The notes beneath the pieces are model-generated. The model saw only the letters and a list, made by a program, of their open reading frames with translations, was not told the DNA's origin and did not search any database. Shown piece by piece: positions 50,901-60,515 of a DNA stretch of 64,000 bases. The stretch's first letter is position 1. Each line of letters begins with the position of its first letter. Origin of the DNA: Candidatus Latescibacterota bacterium (GTDB taxonomy: Bacteria; Latescibacterota; UBA2968; GCA-2709665); assembly GCA_963662665.2 (NCBI GenBank), contig CAXXJS010000028.1, forward strand, positions 1-64,000, written 5' to 3'. A program made the translations under genes and the position numbers.

Positions 50901-53496
50901 GACCCGGCACCGCCTCCCCCTGAGCCGTTACCAGTACGACTGGAATCTCCAGCGCGGATCCCAGCCGGGCATATCCGTAGTCGAACTGTGGTTTTCGCAC
51001 ACCAACGTAACGGTCGTATGGATCGAAGGCGAGCGTTTCGCGGCTGCGGTTGGGGCGGCCGCCTTTCTCCAACACCGTGGCATCGATTCGGACACGAATT
51101 GCCGATGGCGCGCGGCCCGGGGCCGGCAGCGGCCAGCGCACCTGCGCCCGGCCTTCCTCGTCGAGTTTATCCTTGAAGATGCTGGTGCGAATCGGCGTGT
51201 ACCGAGCGCTCTCGTTGGTGAAGCTGAATCCCGGGTAGTCGGCAAACTGCCGGGCCGCGTGCCGGAATTCAACCGAAATTTCGCCATCCAGCCCGGCGGC
51301 CGGATTGCCGAACAGATAGGTACTAACGAGCGCCAGTCGAAGTTCTTTGTCCTCAGGTGTCAGGCTTTTCTTTTCGGGCTCGATCCGGACCTTCAACCGA
51401 TAGGGGGCCACCGTCTCGACTTTCACCGTTTGGTCGAACGTGCGGCTTCCCACCTCCAGCCGCGCCCGCCAGGTTCCCGTGGGATCGTCGGGCTCGGTCT
51501 TGAAGCTGAATACATAGAAGCCGTCCTTGCCCGTTCGGGCGGTCCGCTCCAGTACAAGCTGATTTCCGGGGTTGAAGAGTTTCAGCGTAACCGGGTGGTT
51601 TTCGGGAAAGGTCTCCTCCGAATTGCGCGCGATCAGCGAAAGATGTATCTCGTCACCGGGTCGGTAAACGCCTCGCTCGGAATATACGAACGCCCTGACG
51701 CCGTCCGGCGGCGCAGAGGCGCCCCCGGTATCAAACGTGGAAAGGTTCCAGGCCATTTCGTTGCACTTTATGATGCTTTTCCGGCCGTCTTTTTCCGCTT
51801 CGACGTAGAAGACGTCCCGCTCTCCGCCAGGGAACGTGGCCGCACCGTGCCTGTCGGTCAGGCCCCGGCCGGCCACCTGGTTCTGGAAAGTGCGCAGTGT
51901 GACCGCAACGCCTGCCATGGGCGCCGCGTCGTTGATGTCTCGTGCATATACGATGTGCCGGCGGTTCGCCTTTTTGTACGTCAGGCCGATATCGCTTACG
52001 ATAACCGGCTTGAATGCCCTGCCGCGCGTGCGGACGTATCCCGGCGAAAAGGGATGGCTGCGGTAATCCCACAACCGCCGGTTCCACCGCCATTGCTTCC
52101 GCGCTTCCTCGGCCTCGCCGGGCGCGCCGTACAGCATGTCAACATGCTTAAAGCTGAGACTCAGCAGCAGCGGCCCTTTTTCGGACGGATCGATCAGTGC
52201 GTTCAGGTCCAGTTCGTGCTGCAGCCACCGGTTGCGGACCTGACCGATCTCCAGGACCGTATCAACAAGCCCCACGCCAACGCGGTTGACCTCCCGGGAA
52301 TAGAAATCACGCCGGCGGTCGCCGGCGCTCTTCAAACTCTGTCTCTGCAGGAACTGGCCCAGGTTCGAGTCGAAAACCTGTTGGACCCGGAGCTTCACAC
52401 GGCTGACGTTAACCGTCCGGAACCGGACCCGCCGGCGGTTGGCCGTTGGCAGGATCATCCCGTCTTCAGAGAAACGAACCTCCGGTTTGAGGTCGGGTAT
52501 CTGGACCGTTTCGGTATGTTCGGAGCCGGTTGCCACACCCCATCGGCTTCGAATGCCGGGATGGACGGTGAGTGTATAGTGCCTGCCGTGCTGAAACTCA
52601 CCGCTCACGTGGATCTTTCTCCCGGCCGCCCTGACCTGGATATCCATCGGCGGATCCACGGCAATCAGCCCGCGGATGTCCTGGCGGGGGTCCGGATCGT
52701 CCGATAATTCGACCGTGAGGCCGGGCTGCCGCCCCTCCACGTGACCTTCGACTTTGACAATTTTCATTACGGTTACGGGTGCCAGAACCGTGGTCTCCCT
52801 GTAGTCTCGGGATATCGACAGCGCTTCCTTATCGAGGGTGAAACGGAGTTCACGGCTGTTGCTTCTTCGCTCGACCGGATCGGAGGCGAACGAGAAAATC
52901 TTCCCCTCCACGTCGGCTTTCCAGGCAAGGGACAGCCGTTCCCGGTCCAGAGACACCCGGGCTGCCTGTCGCACCTGTTCGAGAGGCGTCTTCTCGCTGA
53001 ACGAGATCCGCCCTTTGTAAACCACCAGGCGCGGATCGTCTTCCTCGATCAACTCGAAATCCGCGTTCAACGAAACAATCTCCCGGCCGGCTATCTCAAA
53101 TGCAAACGCCAGGGGTTGCAGGTTTTTTCGCTCAGGAAACAGGGCGGGGAGGTCCAGGACGCCGTTGTAGCGCTGCCGGAAGGGGAGCGGCGATTCGGGC
53201 TGAAAGATAAGGGTGCGCCGGTCCGCCCAGCGGGCGGCGCCTTCGATGCGCGGCTCGAATGCAAACACGGTCTTCTCCGGACTCTGGCCGACCCGGTTTC
53301 CGGACACGACGGGCGACACGAAACGTACGCGGACGTCGTCTTCCGAGCGGATGAGATCCGAGGTCACGTGGCTGACCAGCCTTGCCGTCTCCCGCGAATA
53401 GGTAATCGTCCCGGTCTCGTTCCGCTTCGTAGCACAACCGGCAATCAACAAGCCTGCCAGGAACAGCATGCCGCTGTCAATCCATTTGTGCGTCAT
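47977..53496 (-). CDS. Bacterial alpha-2-macroglobulin (lipoprotein)
   Basis: Lipobox LIAGC, ERGVYRPG, AVVDEG, thioester motif YGCIEQ, EAMYD. Confidence 0.96.
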   Translation of the reverse strand: MTHKWIDSGMLFLAGLLIAGCATKRNETGTITYSRETARLVSHVTSDLIRSEDDVRVRFVSPVVSGNRVGQSPEKTVFAFEPRIEGAARWADRRTLIFQPESPLPFRQRYNGVLDLPALFPERKNLQPLAFAFEIAGREIVSLNADFELIEEDDPRLVVYKGRISFSEKTPLEQVRQAARVSLDRERLSLAWKADVEGKIFSFASDPVERRSNSRELRFTLDKEALSISRDYRETTVLAPVTVMKIVKVEGHVEGRQPGLTVELSDDPDPRQDIRGLIAVDPPMDIQVRAAGRKIHVSGEFQHGRHYTLTVHPGIRSRWGVATGSEHTETVQIPDLKPEVRFSEDGMILPTANRRRVRFRTVNVSRVKLRVQQVFDSNLGQFLQRQSLKSAGDRRRDFYSREVNRVGVGLVDTVLEIGQVRNRWLQHELDLNALIDPSEKGPLLLSLSFKHVDMLYGAPGEAEEARKQWRWNRRLWDYRSHPFSPGYVRTRGRAFKPVIVSDIGLTYKKANRRHIVYARDINDAAPMAGVAVTLRTFQNQVAGRGLTDRHGAATFPGGERDVFYVEAEKDGRKSIIKCNEMAWNLSTFDTGGASAPPDGVRAFVYSERGVYRPGDEIHLSLIARNSEETFPENHPVTLKLFNPGNQLVLERTARTGKDGFYVFSFKTEPDDPTGTWRARLEVGSRTFDQTVKVETVAPYRLKVRIEPEKKSLTPEDKELRLALVSTYLFGNPAAGLDGEISVEFRHAARQFADYPGFSFTNESARYTPIRTSIFKDKLDEEGRAQVRWPLPAPGRAPSAIRVRIDATVLEKGGRPNRSRETLAFDPYDRYVGVRKPQFDYGYARLGSALEIPVVLVTAQGEAVPGLPLEYRIYRSTGHWWWEYESRDQFRLRFKTDQYTEQIESGSIFSQSTPVPLVFTPEQRGEYLIEVQEEGGHTAAFFMRAYPWGQAQADPKSAGMLALKTDRKSYAPGDSALVTFPAPRRGAILVSVEQDSRVLQTRWYEPDGHRGEFRVPVSVTREMAPTAYVAVSVLQPFSQTLNDRPIRLYGVVPLNVSDPHTRQEISIRMPGELRPESPFQIQVETGDGQPAQFTLAVVDEGLLALTGFSTPDAWKSFYRKRRLGVVTHDVYSHVIGANKGDVFKTFAVGGGFAYRASQLEPERGKRFKAVSLFKGPIETDAMGRATVDFDMPDYTGSVRVMAVSAAGGRYGKAETSVPVKTDLMVMPTLPRVLGPGDRVDVPVTVFAMVDSIGTTVVSIQTEGPVSVVGPVRRELDFAETGERDLSFTLQAAAAVGQARVVVTAEASNVAADHVTDVRVRPSSPRIYAAEDEDIRPGETARFTVPDKGMPGSNRARLGIRRRPDLGMTHRLLGLVRYPYGCIEQTVSAAFPLLYLGTLLDGVTFAGDAAMDTDRLINSAIRKLRKFKLVSGGFTYWPGGSTVSPWGSLYTGHFLIEARKLGYHVPQVLMATWLRYEKSRALTTKDNLMERVYRVYLLALAGEFQIGPMNLLKETGINDMNDTQKWMLAAAYHLAGVERTAAQILIPAGKRVKRYNESGGTYGSGLRDLSIILNTLVLFERWSEADEIARELGAALKSRRWHSTQTTGFMLLALGKYLRSLDNEDGGRSVLAGTIRLPDGRVVRFETDRPAHHVEIEDGFGEEVEIFLDSTSTVKRAFATMDWDGVPLVDDVGDTSGKLKLEVAWRNDEGLPVDPAELSQGEAFWGHFRVRNMTVARKIEEVALVQVLPAGWEIDNPRLSDRTAPKWTKRLNLNREEYLDVRDDRVMWFLDAERRRHLDFVVRLNAVTAGSFRLPATVAEAMYDRSYRATAAGKRVVVKQR

Positions 53497-53685
53497 CCTC
53501 GGCTCCCAATGGGATACGCGTGAAAACATCGCCATACGAGGCAGGCCTCGGGACATTGGAGGTCCCATCAACGGCGGCCCATCTCCCTATACCGACCAGC
53601 AAAACCGCTTGACTTCATCGCTTCTATCTATACCTTAAAACGCGCGGAAATCGGCGCCCTGTTCCAAATCCAAAGGAGATTAAAC

Positions 53686-54747
53686 ATGCAATTCGGCCAA
53701 TTCTATCTGCTGGAAACACCGCCCGGGAAAGACCACGCGCAAGTGTACCACGAAGCATTCGAACAGTTCAAGCTCATGGATGAAACCGGATGGGACGCCA
53801 TCTGGCTGGCGGAACACCATTTCGACCATAAGGCGCCGGGGGCCAACTACTATTCGATCACCCCGTCCATCCACACCATGGCGGCATACGCATCGGCCAT
53901 TACCGAACGCATTAAAATCGGCACCGCGGTTATCGTGCTGCCTTTTCACAACCCGGTCATTGTCGCGGAAGATTTCGCCACCGTGGATATCATGTCCGGA
54001 GGGCGGCTTCTCTTCGGCGTGGGGCGCGGCTATCAGCTCGAGGAATTCCACAACTGGGGGATCGACCTGGAAGAAAGCCGCGAACGATTTCAGGAGGAAC
54101 TGGATATTATCCTGAAAGCCTGGACAGGCCCAGTCCAATACGACGGCAAATTCCACAAGGTCCGGAAAGTCAACGTCATCCCGAAGCCCGTACAAAAACC
54201 GCACCCGCCGGTTTACGTCGCGGCGGTGAGTCCGTCCACTTACGAATGGGTCATTAAGAACGGGTACAACGTCCTGACCTCGTTCCTGCATCCCTACGAC
54301 CAGGTATTCGAACTCTACGAGGCGTACCACAAGACGGCGGACGCGTGCGGACTGACGGGGAAGCTGGACTTCCCCCTGGCGCGATTCCTCTATGTCGCCG
54401 ATTCCACGGAGAAAGCGCGGGAGGAATGCCACGACCAGCTCATGTGGTATTTCCGCACGCTGCTTGCGGAAGTTATCGCACCCCCGCCGGAAATCGCGCC
54501 ACCGGGACAGATGGAATTCTATCAGGAACTGAAACAGAAATTTTCGAACATCACCTTCGACGAGATCCTGGCCGAACACGCCATCGTAGGCGATCCGGAT
54601 TTTGTCGCCGACAAAATCGACTGGATCCGTAAACACACGGGTTTGCAGAACTTTATGGGGTGGACCCGTATCGGAGACCTGAATCCCGACCTGGTCTGCA
54701 AATCCCTACGAATGTTCTCCGAACGCGTCGCGCCCGCGTTTAATTGA
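53686..54747 (+). CDS. LLM class flavin-dependent oxidoreductase
   Basis: WLAEHHF, TERIKIGTA, AEDFATVDIMSGGR..GVGRGY, PKPVQKPHPP. Confidence 0.94.
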   Translation: MQFGQFYLLETPPGKDHAQVYHEAFEQFKLMDETGWDAIWLAEHHFDHKAPGANYYSITPSIHTMAAYASAITERIKIGTAVIVLPFHNPVIVAEDFATVDIMSGGRLLFGVGRGYQLEEFHNWGIDLEESRERFQEELDIILKAWTGPVQYDGKFHKVRKVNVIPKPVQKPHPPVYVAAVSPSTYEWVIKNGYNVLTSFLHPYDQVFELYEAYHKTADACGLTGKLDFPLARFLYVADSTEKAREECHDQLMWYFRTLLAEVIAPPPEIAPPGQMEFYQELKQKFSNITFDEILAEHAIVGDPDFVADKIDWIRKHTGLQNFMGWTRIGDLNPDLVCKSLRMFSERVAPAFN

Positions 54748-54792
54748 ACTCACCGTCAGACGCTGCGGTTCCCCGAGTGCCTCACCCTTCCT

Positions 54793-55128
54793 TCATTCCC
54801 GCCACGCCGGCTGGGTGACATGCAGCAGCAACGCGCCTTCCGGTACCGTGATCACGGTCGACGTTCCCTTTTCGATATAGCCCAGGTCCCCGACGTTGAA
54901 ACGCACAGGCTCCTGGCCCCGTGCGTGGACTTCCAGCGCGCCCTTCAACAGGAAAAAGACCTCGTTATAGTCGAAGGTCCATTCCAGCCGGCTGGGTTCG
55001 AGATATTCCGTGAATCCGGCCGCAAGGCAGTCATCCTTGCCCAGGATCGGATCGGATACCTGTACCTTCGCCCCGGGCGCGTCGTACAGTTTCATGTCCC
55101 TCTGATCCGGTTTGACTATCTGTACCAT
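54793..55128 (-). CDS. Cupin protein, EutQ-like
   Basis: AGF...WTFDYNEV...G.L...GD..YIEKG...VTQPAW. Confidence 0.8.
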   Translation of the reverse strand: MVQIVKPDQRDMKLYDAPGAKVQVSDPILGKDDCLAAGFTEYLEPSRLEWTFDYNEVFFLLKGALEVHARGQEPVRFNVGDLGYIEKGTSTVITVPEGALLLHVTQPAWRE

Positions 55129-55189
55129 CTTAACTCTCCCTGGTAGTAAAGCATTCCGTTATCTGCCGTCAGCGAGAAGCTGGACCTCG

Positions 55190-55530
55190 GGAAAAGCCGT
55201 CAGCCGTCAGCTTTAAGCTGTCAGCTAAAACCGAAACAGTTGACGTCCGCGCAATTATGTTGAAAACCGCGATGGCCGCAGACCTCTCCCCCCGGCCCCC
55301 TCTCCCAAAGGAGAGGGTGAGGGCCAGCGATACGGCTTGGCGAGATCCGTCAGCGATAGCAGCGCCACCAATCGGGCGACCCATGGGTCGCCTCTACAAA
55401 TGCAACAACGGCGCAGCGCAGGTCGGTTCCGCGCTTTATCGTACAGGATCTCGACCGAACCGAAAAGAGCGAGATCGTTTCAAGCGCACGGTTGTGGCGA
55501 GGGGGCTTTTGTTCGCGGCAAAAAATTAGG
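55190..55530. repeat. Composite intergenic repeat element
   Basis: TCAGC heptamer repeats, CCTCTCCCCCCGG hairpin, GTAG-type REP and GGGGGCTTTTGTTCGCGGCAA block. Most blocks recur at 61640-62130. Confidence 0.7.
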
Positions 55531-55668
55531 TGCTTATATAGGAAACGACTACCAGCAATCAACAGAAACAGCCGTCAGGCTTCGGTGTGCAATATACGCG
55601 CGCTACCAACCGCTTGACGGACATCATCGAGCTGTAAGAGAGATCCCCCGAATGGTGATGACACCGGC

Positions 55669-58002
55669 CTACGGCTCGAGCCGCTGCCGTGTCTCCGCCT
55701 CCGAGGCAATGGTCTCCCAGTCCCACAGTTGAGGGATATACGCCACGTCTGCCCAGAGTTGGGCCTGGTCCGCGTAATGTGCGCTTCCGGGATGCCCCGA
55801 TGCCCCCAACGGCACGATCCACCGGGAATTGCTCCAGTTCCCGGGGTCGTGAATGTATCGGTTTACCGACATCCCGGTGGCAACAAAGGGTTCGCTAACG
55901 TCGTACCCGCCGGCAAGCGGCACGTCTCCGTCTCCGTGCGTTGGCAGGCAGGGTGGATCCAGAAGCCGAGCGCATTCCGGAAAAACCCGCGAGAGCGGAT
56001 GCCTCGGCCGCGTATGGTGAACGCGCCCCCACCGCCATTCCGTCATATCCTCACCCAGGCGTTCCTTGAGTTCAACGACCGCCTGCCTGAGAGCTTCAGC
56101 CAGCAGGTCTGCCCAGGTGTGTCCGTCCGGTAACATCGATCCGTCACCGCGTTCGAGACCCAGGATCATCTCCAGTACGATCAAACGGATATGCGCATCC
56201 GCTCCGGGAACCCCCTCGAGCGCGATGGCCGCCACGTCGCCCAGCAGATGCTCCGCCAGCAGGCGGGTGGCGCACAGGCGGGTCTGCGAGTAAATCGTCG
56301 GCTGCGCCAGGTCTCGGTCCATACGATAGTCCCACCGGCTCAGAAGCGCCAGAGCCCGCCGTGAATCCGCGTCCGGAGCCTGTACGTCCAGGAGCGCCGT
56401 GGTAAATATCCTTGCCGGAATCGAGGTACGGTCCGCGTGCATCCGCGCCATGTCGTCCACGGTCGCCGCGCCCGGCTTCAGATCCAGTATATCCAGCTGA
56501 AGCCGCCTTGCCCGATATTCCGGACTGAAGTACAGTCCCACGTAATACGGGTAGTCGTGTCCGGCCACGCGCTGGTTGCACGTCACCGCGTATCCTGCCT
56601 GCGGACAAATCGCCCGCGGCAGATCATCATGGGGTATATACCCCCGCCACTCGTATTCCCCGGTCCACCCCGGCACGGCCCGCCATCCGTTGGCTTCCGT
56701 GCGAATGGGGATTTTTCCCTCGTGCAAATAGCCGAAACTCCCATGGACGTCCACGACGGCATAGTTGTTCACCCTGTCGGTCCAATTTTCAAATGCATCG
56801 TGCAGTTCCTGTACAGTGGTCGCGAGCATCGCTTTCCTGGCGGCATCCAGCCATGGGGTGCCCTGAATCAAGCCGGGGTCGCTGATCGCAATACCATACC
56901 CGGCCCCCGGACTGCCCGCGATAACGGGTCCATGATGGGTAATGGTCACTTCGATCTCCACTGACTCGTCGTTCCGGACCGCAATCGACTCATTCAGGAC
57001 TTCGGCCGGTCTCCACGTGTCCTCGAATTCATACTCCCGTCCCTCGCCCGTTTCCCGGAACCGCTCCACGAAGAGGTCCTGCGTGTCGGCATTTCCGTAG
57101 GTCATCCCCCATCCTACGTGCGCGTTGTGGCAGAAGTGCAGGACCCCGGGCATCCCGGGTACCGAGGAGCCGATAATCGAAAAATCCGGACAGGAAAGGT
57201 GGACCTGATAGTAGACGCCCGGCGTATCCAGGGCCCGGTGGGAGTCTCCGCCCATCAGCGGCAACCCGGATCGGGTCAATTCACCAGAGATCGACCATGC
57301 GTTGGAACCGGCGTCCGTTTCCCTCAGCCAGTTCACGTCTTCGAGCGCCCTGCGAAGTTCCTCCAGTCCGTCGACGCCAGGTCCCGCATACACCTCCCCC
57401 GGGGGCACGGTGAGCAGATGGCCGCCCGGGTACCCCTTGATTATGCGTGCTGCCTTCCCGGGGCCAATTGTGAGGGCAAGGCGCGTTCGGTAGAGTTTCG
57501 GCTCGAACGTCCCCAAAAGGGTATTGCGCATCTTATAGACTGCAATACAGTGCCAGTTCTCCCAGGGTTCGGGCGTCATGCCCAGAAGTTTGTACTCGAC
57601 CGGGTACGCTGACGTCGTTTCCAGGAACGCATTCACGCCCGCGGTGTAGGCGTCTACCATCGCCCTGGCCGCCGCGCCGGCCGCCGCGTAGTCCAGCCTG
57701 GCCGTACGTCCCATTCCTGCCGTTCGCAACAGCCGGTCCTGGGCCACGCCGTCCGGTCCGGCTATTTCGGCCCATCTCCCCAGCGCCCTGTACCGGTCGT
57801 AATCCATGTGCCAGAACCGGTCCTGGGCCGTGGCGAAACCCTGCGCGAAGTAGAGGTCGTGTTCGTTCTCCGCCAGAACGTGCGGAATGCCCCAACGGTC
57901 GCGATAGATCGTCGCTGCGTCGATCAAGCCCGGCAGGCGGAGCGTGGATGTCATATCCGGCAGCGCCGCGGCCAGGTCGGCTCTTGTGAGTTCCGCAGCC
58001 AT
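55669..58002 (-). CDS. Penicillin acylase family (Ntn hydrolase) protein
   Basis: RDRWGIPHV, AQGFATAQDR, GSNAW nucleophile, GASGHPGSAHYADQ. No obvious signal peptide. Confidence 0.94.
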   Translation of the reverse strand: MAAELTRADLAAALPDMTSTLRLPGLIDAATIYRDRWGIPHVLAENEHDLYFAQGFATAQDRFWHMDYDRYRALGRWAEIAGPDGVAQDRLLRTAGMGRTARLDYAAAGAAARAMVDAYTAGVNAFLETTSAYPVEYKLLGMTPEPWENWHCIAVYKMRNTLLGTFEPKLYRTRLALTIGPGKAARIIKGYPGGHLLTVPPGEVYAGPGVDGLEELRRALEDVNWLRETDAGSNAWSISGELTRSGLPLMGGDSHRALDTPGVYYQVHLSCPDFSIIGSSVPGMPGVLHFCHNAHVGWGMTYGNADTQDLFVERFRETGEGREYEFEDTWRPAEVLNESIAVRNDESVEIEVTITHHGPVIAGSPGAGYGIAISDPGLIQGTPWLDAARKAMLATTVQELHDAFENWTDRVNNYAVVDVHGSFGYLHEGKIPIRTEANGWRAVPGWTGEYEWRGYIPHDDLPRAICPQAGYAVTCNQRVAGHDYPYYVGLYFSPEYRARRLQLDILDLKPGAATVDDMARMHADRTSIPARIFTTALLDVQAPDADSRRALALLSRWDYRMDRDLAQPTIYSQTRLCATRLLAEHLLGDVAAIALEGVPGADAHIRLIVLEMILGLERGDGSMLPDGHTWADLLAEALRQAVVELKERLGEDMTEWRWGRVHHTRPRHPLSRVFPECARLLDPPCLPTHGDGDVPLAGGYDVSEPFVATGMSVNRYIHDPGNWSNSRWIVPLGASGHPGSAHYADQAQLWADVAYIPQLWDWETIASEAETRQRLEP

Positions 58003-58180
58003 GAATACCCCTCGCTTACATAACATCCTGATTAATAAAGAGTTTGTTCTGAATTTGCTGACAGTAACGATGTCTCAAATGGATGAACGCATCTCTACCG
58101 CCCCGGGATGATTCACTGCCTGAAACGGTTTCCGCGATTCTTCCTGACCATGTGCCTCTGTGCGAGAAAGTTACCCCGTG

Positions 58181-59041
58181 CTAACCGGACTGCACGTGGC
58201 CGAGCCACCGCTGAACCGCCTCCGAAAAGCCGTCCGCGTTGTGGTCCGGTACCACCGGAAACCGTTCTCTCAAGGGTTCGGGGGCATTCTGCACCACGAA
58301 TGGAAACCCGCACCACGCCAACATATCCGAGTCGTTGTAGTCGTTTCCAACGGCGGCGGAACGCCCGGCATCCACGCCAAGGCGCTCGCAGAGCCTGGCC
58401 GCCGACCGGGCCTTGGAAACCTGTCCCGGAAAAATCTCGAACCACGTGGACTGATGGTCCAAAGGCGACGTGGTCCGGATCACTGAAAGGCCCTTCAGCG
58501 CGTTCGAGAGCGCGTCGTGGGTGCGCCAGGGATCCGCTTCACCGGGACAGACCACCACGAACTGCGATGCCCGGCCGTTCCTCGGACAGCCGGGATTCAA
58601 CGGTCGACAGTATTCCTGGTTGTGTTGACGCCTGCGCAGGAAATCGGGATTGTGTTCGTTCTGTTCCCAGTACTCGAACGTATGGTTCTCCGGGACCGGC
58701 GCGTGAACCATAAAGTCAAATCCCCGATCGATAAGGTACTCCGTAACGCGGTGCACGACTCCGGTGGAAAGTGAATGGGATTCCACCAGCGTCTGATCCC
58801 GGAAATCGAAAATACCCACGCCCGACGAGGTAATCAGAAAATCGATCGGGAAGGTGTCCGCCAGGACGGTCCGCGCCGACATCAGCGACCGGCCGGTAAC
58901 CACAGCCCTCCAGATGTTCTTTCTACCAAGCGTATTCAGCGTTTCCAGGCTTCGGCCGCTCGCCTTTCGGTCGCTCTGCAGCAGCGTCCCGTCCAGGTCT
59001 GTAAACAAAGCAAGGTTCGTTCGTCTTTCCGGCAGCTTCAA
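58181..59041 (-). CDS. Cof-type HAD-IIB hydrolase
   Basis: DLDGTLL, TGR, VSKA, GNDYNDSDML. Confidence 0.92.
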   Translation of the reverse strand: MKLPERRTNLALFTDLDGTLLQSDRKASGRSLETLNTLGRKNIWRAVVTGRSLMSARTVLADTFPIDFLITSSGVGIFDFRDQTLVESHSLSTGVVHRVTEYLIDRGFDFMVHAPVPENHTFEYWEQNEHNPDFLRRRQHNQEYCRPLNPGCPRNGRASQFVVVCPGEADPWRTHDALSNALKGLSVIRTTSPLDHQSTWFEIFPGQVSKARSAARLCERLGVDAGRSAAVGNDYNDSDMLAWCGFPFVVQNAPEPLRERFPVVPDHNADGFSEAVQRWLGHVQSG

Positions 59042-59193
59042 CCCGTGCCTCCATCCCCGTGCGACCAGTCGCCTGGCGGGAGTCCGCGATCTGCCGCCAG
59101 GTCGATTGGTGGCGCATTGTCATTCAGCGGGAATATAAAAAACCCGGAAGTAAACACATAACCGATTTGCTCCCGGATTTCCGCCGCGCACAT

Positions 59194-59221
59194 AAAAAAA
59201 AACGGCGCACGGTCGTGCGCC
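59194..59221 (-). terminator. Rho-independent terminator
   Basis: GGCGCAC-GACC-GTGCGCC stem plus T9 on the minus strand. Confidence 0.8.
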
Positions 59222-59281
59222 TTCTCCCTGGTGACTCCCCAGACTCGTATTCAGTTCCCGTGATCCCCGTAGGCCATCGGG

Positions 59282-59863
59282 TCAATCCTGTGACCGCTTT
59301 CGAAAATACAATACCCGGTGCAACGCCGTATAGTTGGCCAGAAACGCAATTGCCCAGATCGCTACCGTAAGACCGATTTCGCCTACCAGCGCCCCCACGC
59401 CGATGGCAATGACCCGCTCCGGCCGTTGCATGAAGCCGACCTTGCACTCTTCGCCCAGACCCTCTACGCGCGCCCGGATATAGCTCACCATTAAAGAGCC
59501 GGCCAGCGCAAAAAACACGGCGGACGTAGTCCACAGGGAGTCTGACCGGATGAAGCTGACCGCCATCCCAAACCAGATGAAAATCTCTGAATACCGGTCG
59601 ACGGTCGAGTCCAGAAGGGCGCCGAACGTGGTTTCGCTTTGCCCCACGCGGGCCACCTGTCCGTCCAGAAAATCGAACACGCCGGCCAGCAGCACCACGA
59701 AACCTGCCCACCTGATGTAGTCGAAACCGAAAAGCACCGCCGCAACCAGGTTCAGTATGAACCCAACGAGGGTCAGTACATTTGGCCGGAACCGCTTCTT
59801 CACAAGAAATTGCGTGGAGGGTTCGAGCAGTTCGGCGACATCCTCTTTAACCTTTTCAATCAC
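59282..59863 (-). CDS. CDP-alcohol phosphatidyltransferase family protein
   Basis: PNVLT, DFLDGQVAR..FGALLDSTVDR, SYIRARVE, MQRPER (PIP-synthase-like). Confidence 0.93.
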   Translation of the reverse strand: MIEKVKEDVAELLEPSTQFLVKKRFRPNVLTLVGFILNLVAAVLFGFDYIRWAGFVVLLAGVFDFLDGQVARVGQSETTFGALLDSTVDRYSEIFIWFGMAVSFIRSDSLWTTSAVFFALAGSLMVSYIRARVEGLGEECKVGFMQRPERVIAIGVGALVGEIGLTVAIWAIAFLANYTALHRVLYFRKRSQD

Positions 59864-60214
59864 GAGCCATCATTCCCAATTGGCCTTGGCATTTCATTTC
59901 CGGGCATTATACGACAACGTTTTTGACGAAATATAGAATAATCGCCGGGGGGTAGCAAGCGAAATTTTCGGTATCGCAGGCGGTTCGGATCGACCCGTTT
60001 CGGCGGGTGCGCAGGGGCGGGAAATCGTTCGGAGACCCCCGGTACCGGTCGTGTATGGGGGTTGACGTTCGCTCGTTGCCACCCGGGAATTCCTCACGCG
60101 AAGCGTTCGCATCCGGCGTGGTTTCGAGCGACCGGGTCACGATTGTCGCGGGCATCGGTTCCGCGGCGCACACGAAGGCGCCGCAGTCTGCCGGGGGGTT
60201 GGGGAGGCCGGGTA

Positions 60215-60350
60215 TTTTTTCCACGTATTATCCACATGTCGATGCCTTGTTCAGGGGATAAATTACAATCTGTTAAGAATAAAAACTATAAAAACAATCG
60301 TTTATTTATTAACATCCATTTTTGTGCAGTTATTCAGATATGTGGATTTC
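60215..60350. other. DnaA-box cluster flanking an AT-rich tract (candidate replication origin or DnaA-regulated site)
   Basis: TTTTCCACG-TA-TTATCCACA tandem (60217-60236), weaker boxes AGGGGATAA, TTATTCAGA and TGTGGATTT, around about 60 bp of AT-rich sequence. Confidence 0.5.
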
Positions 60351-60515
60351 CTGGTATTGCGATACTTCATCGTTCGCCATTCGTTGCTCCTCCCCCGGGG
60401 CATGCCGGTGCCCGTCCAGTCGTCCGAATTCCTTGACAGTCGTCGGCCGGCATGTTATTCTTCGCACCCTGTTCGGCAGGATAACGTCATCCTTCAAACG
60501 AAAGGTAACCTCTTT

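Noticed and set aside
50767-52707. 646-aa ORF on the plus strand
   Set aside because: Antisense shadow of the alpha-2-macroglobulin gene.
59222-59281. Possible small structured RNA between the phosphatidyltransferase stop and its terminator
   Set aside because: No recognisable family motif; explained as a 3' UTR.
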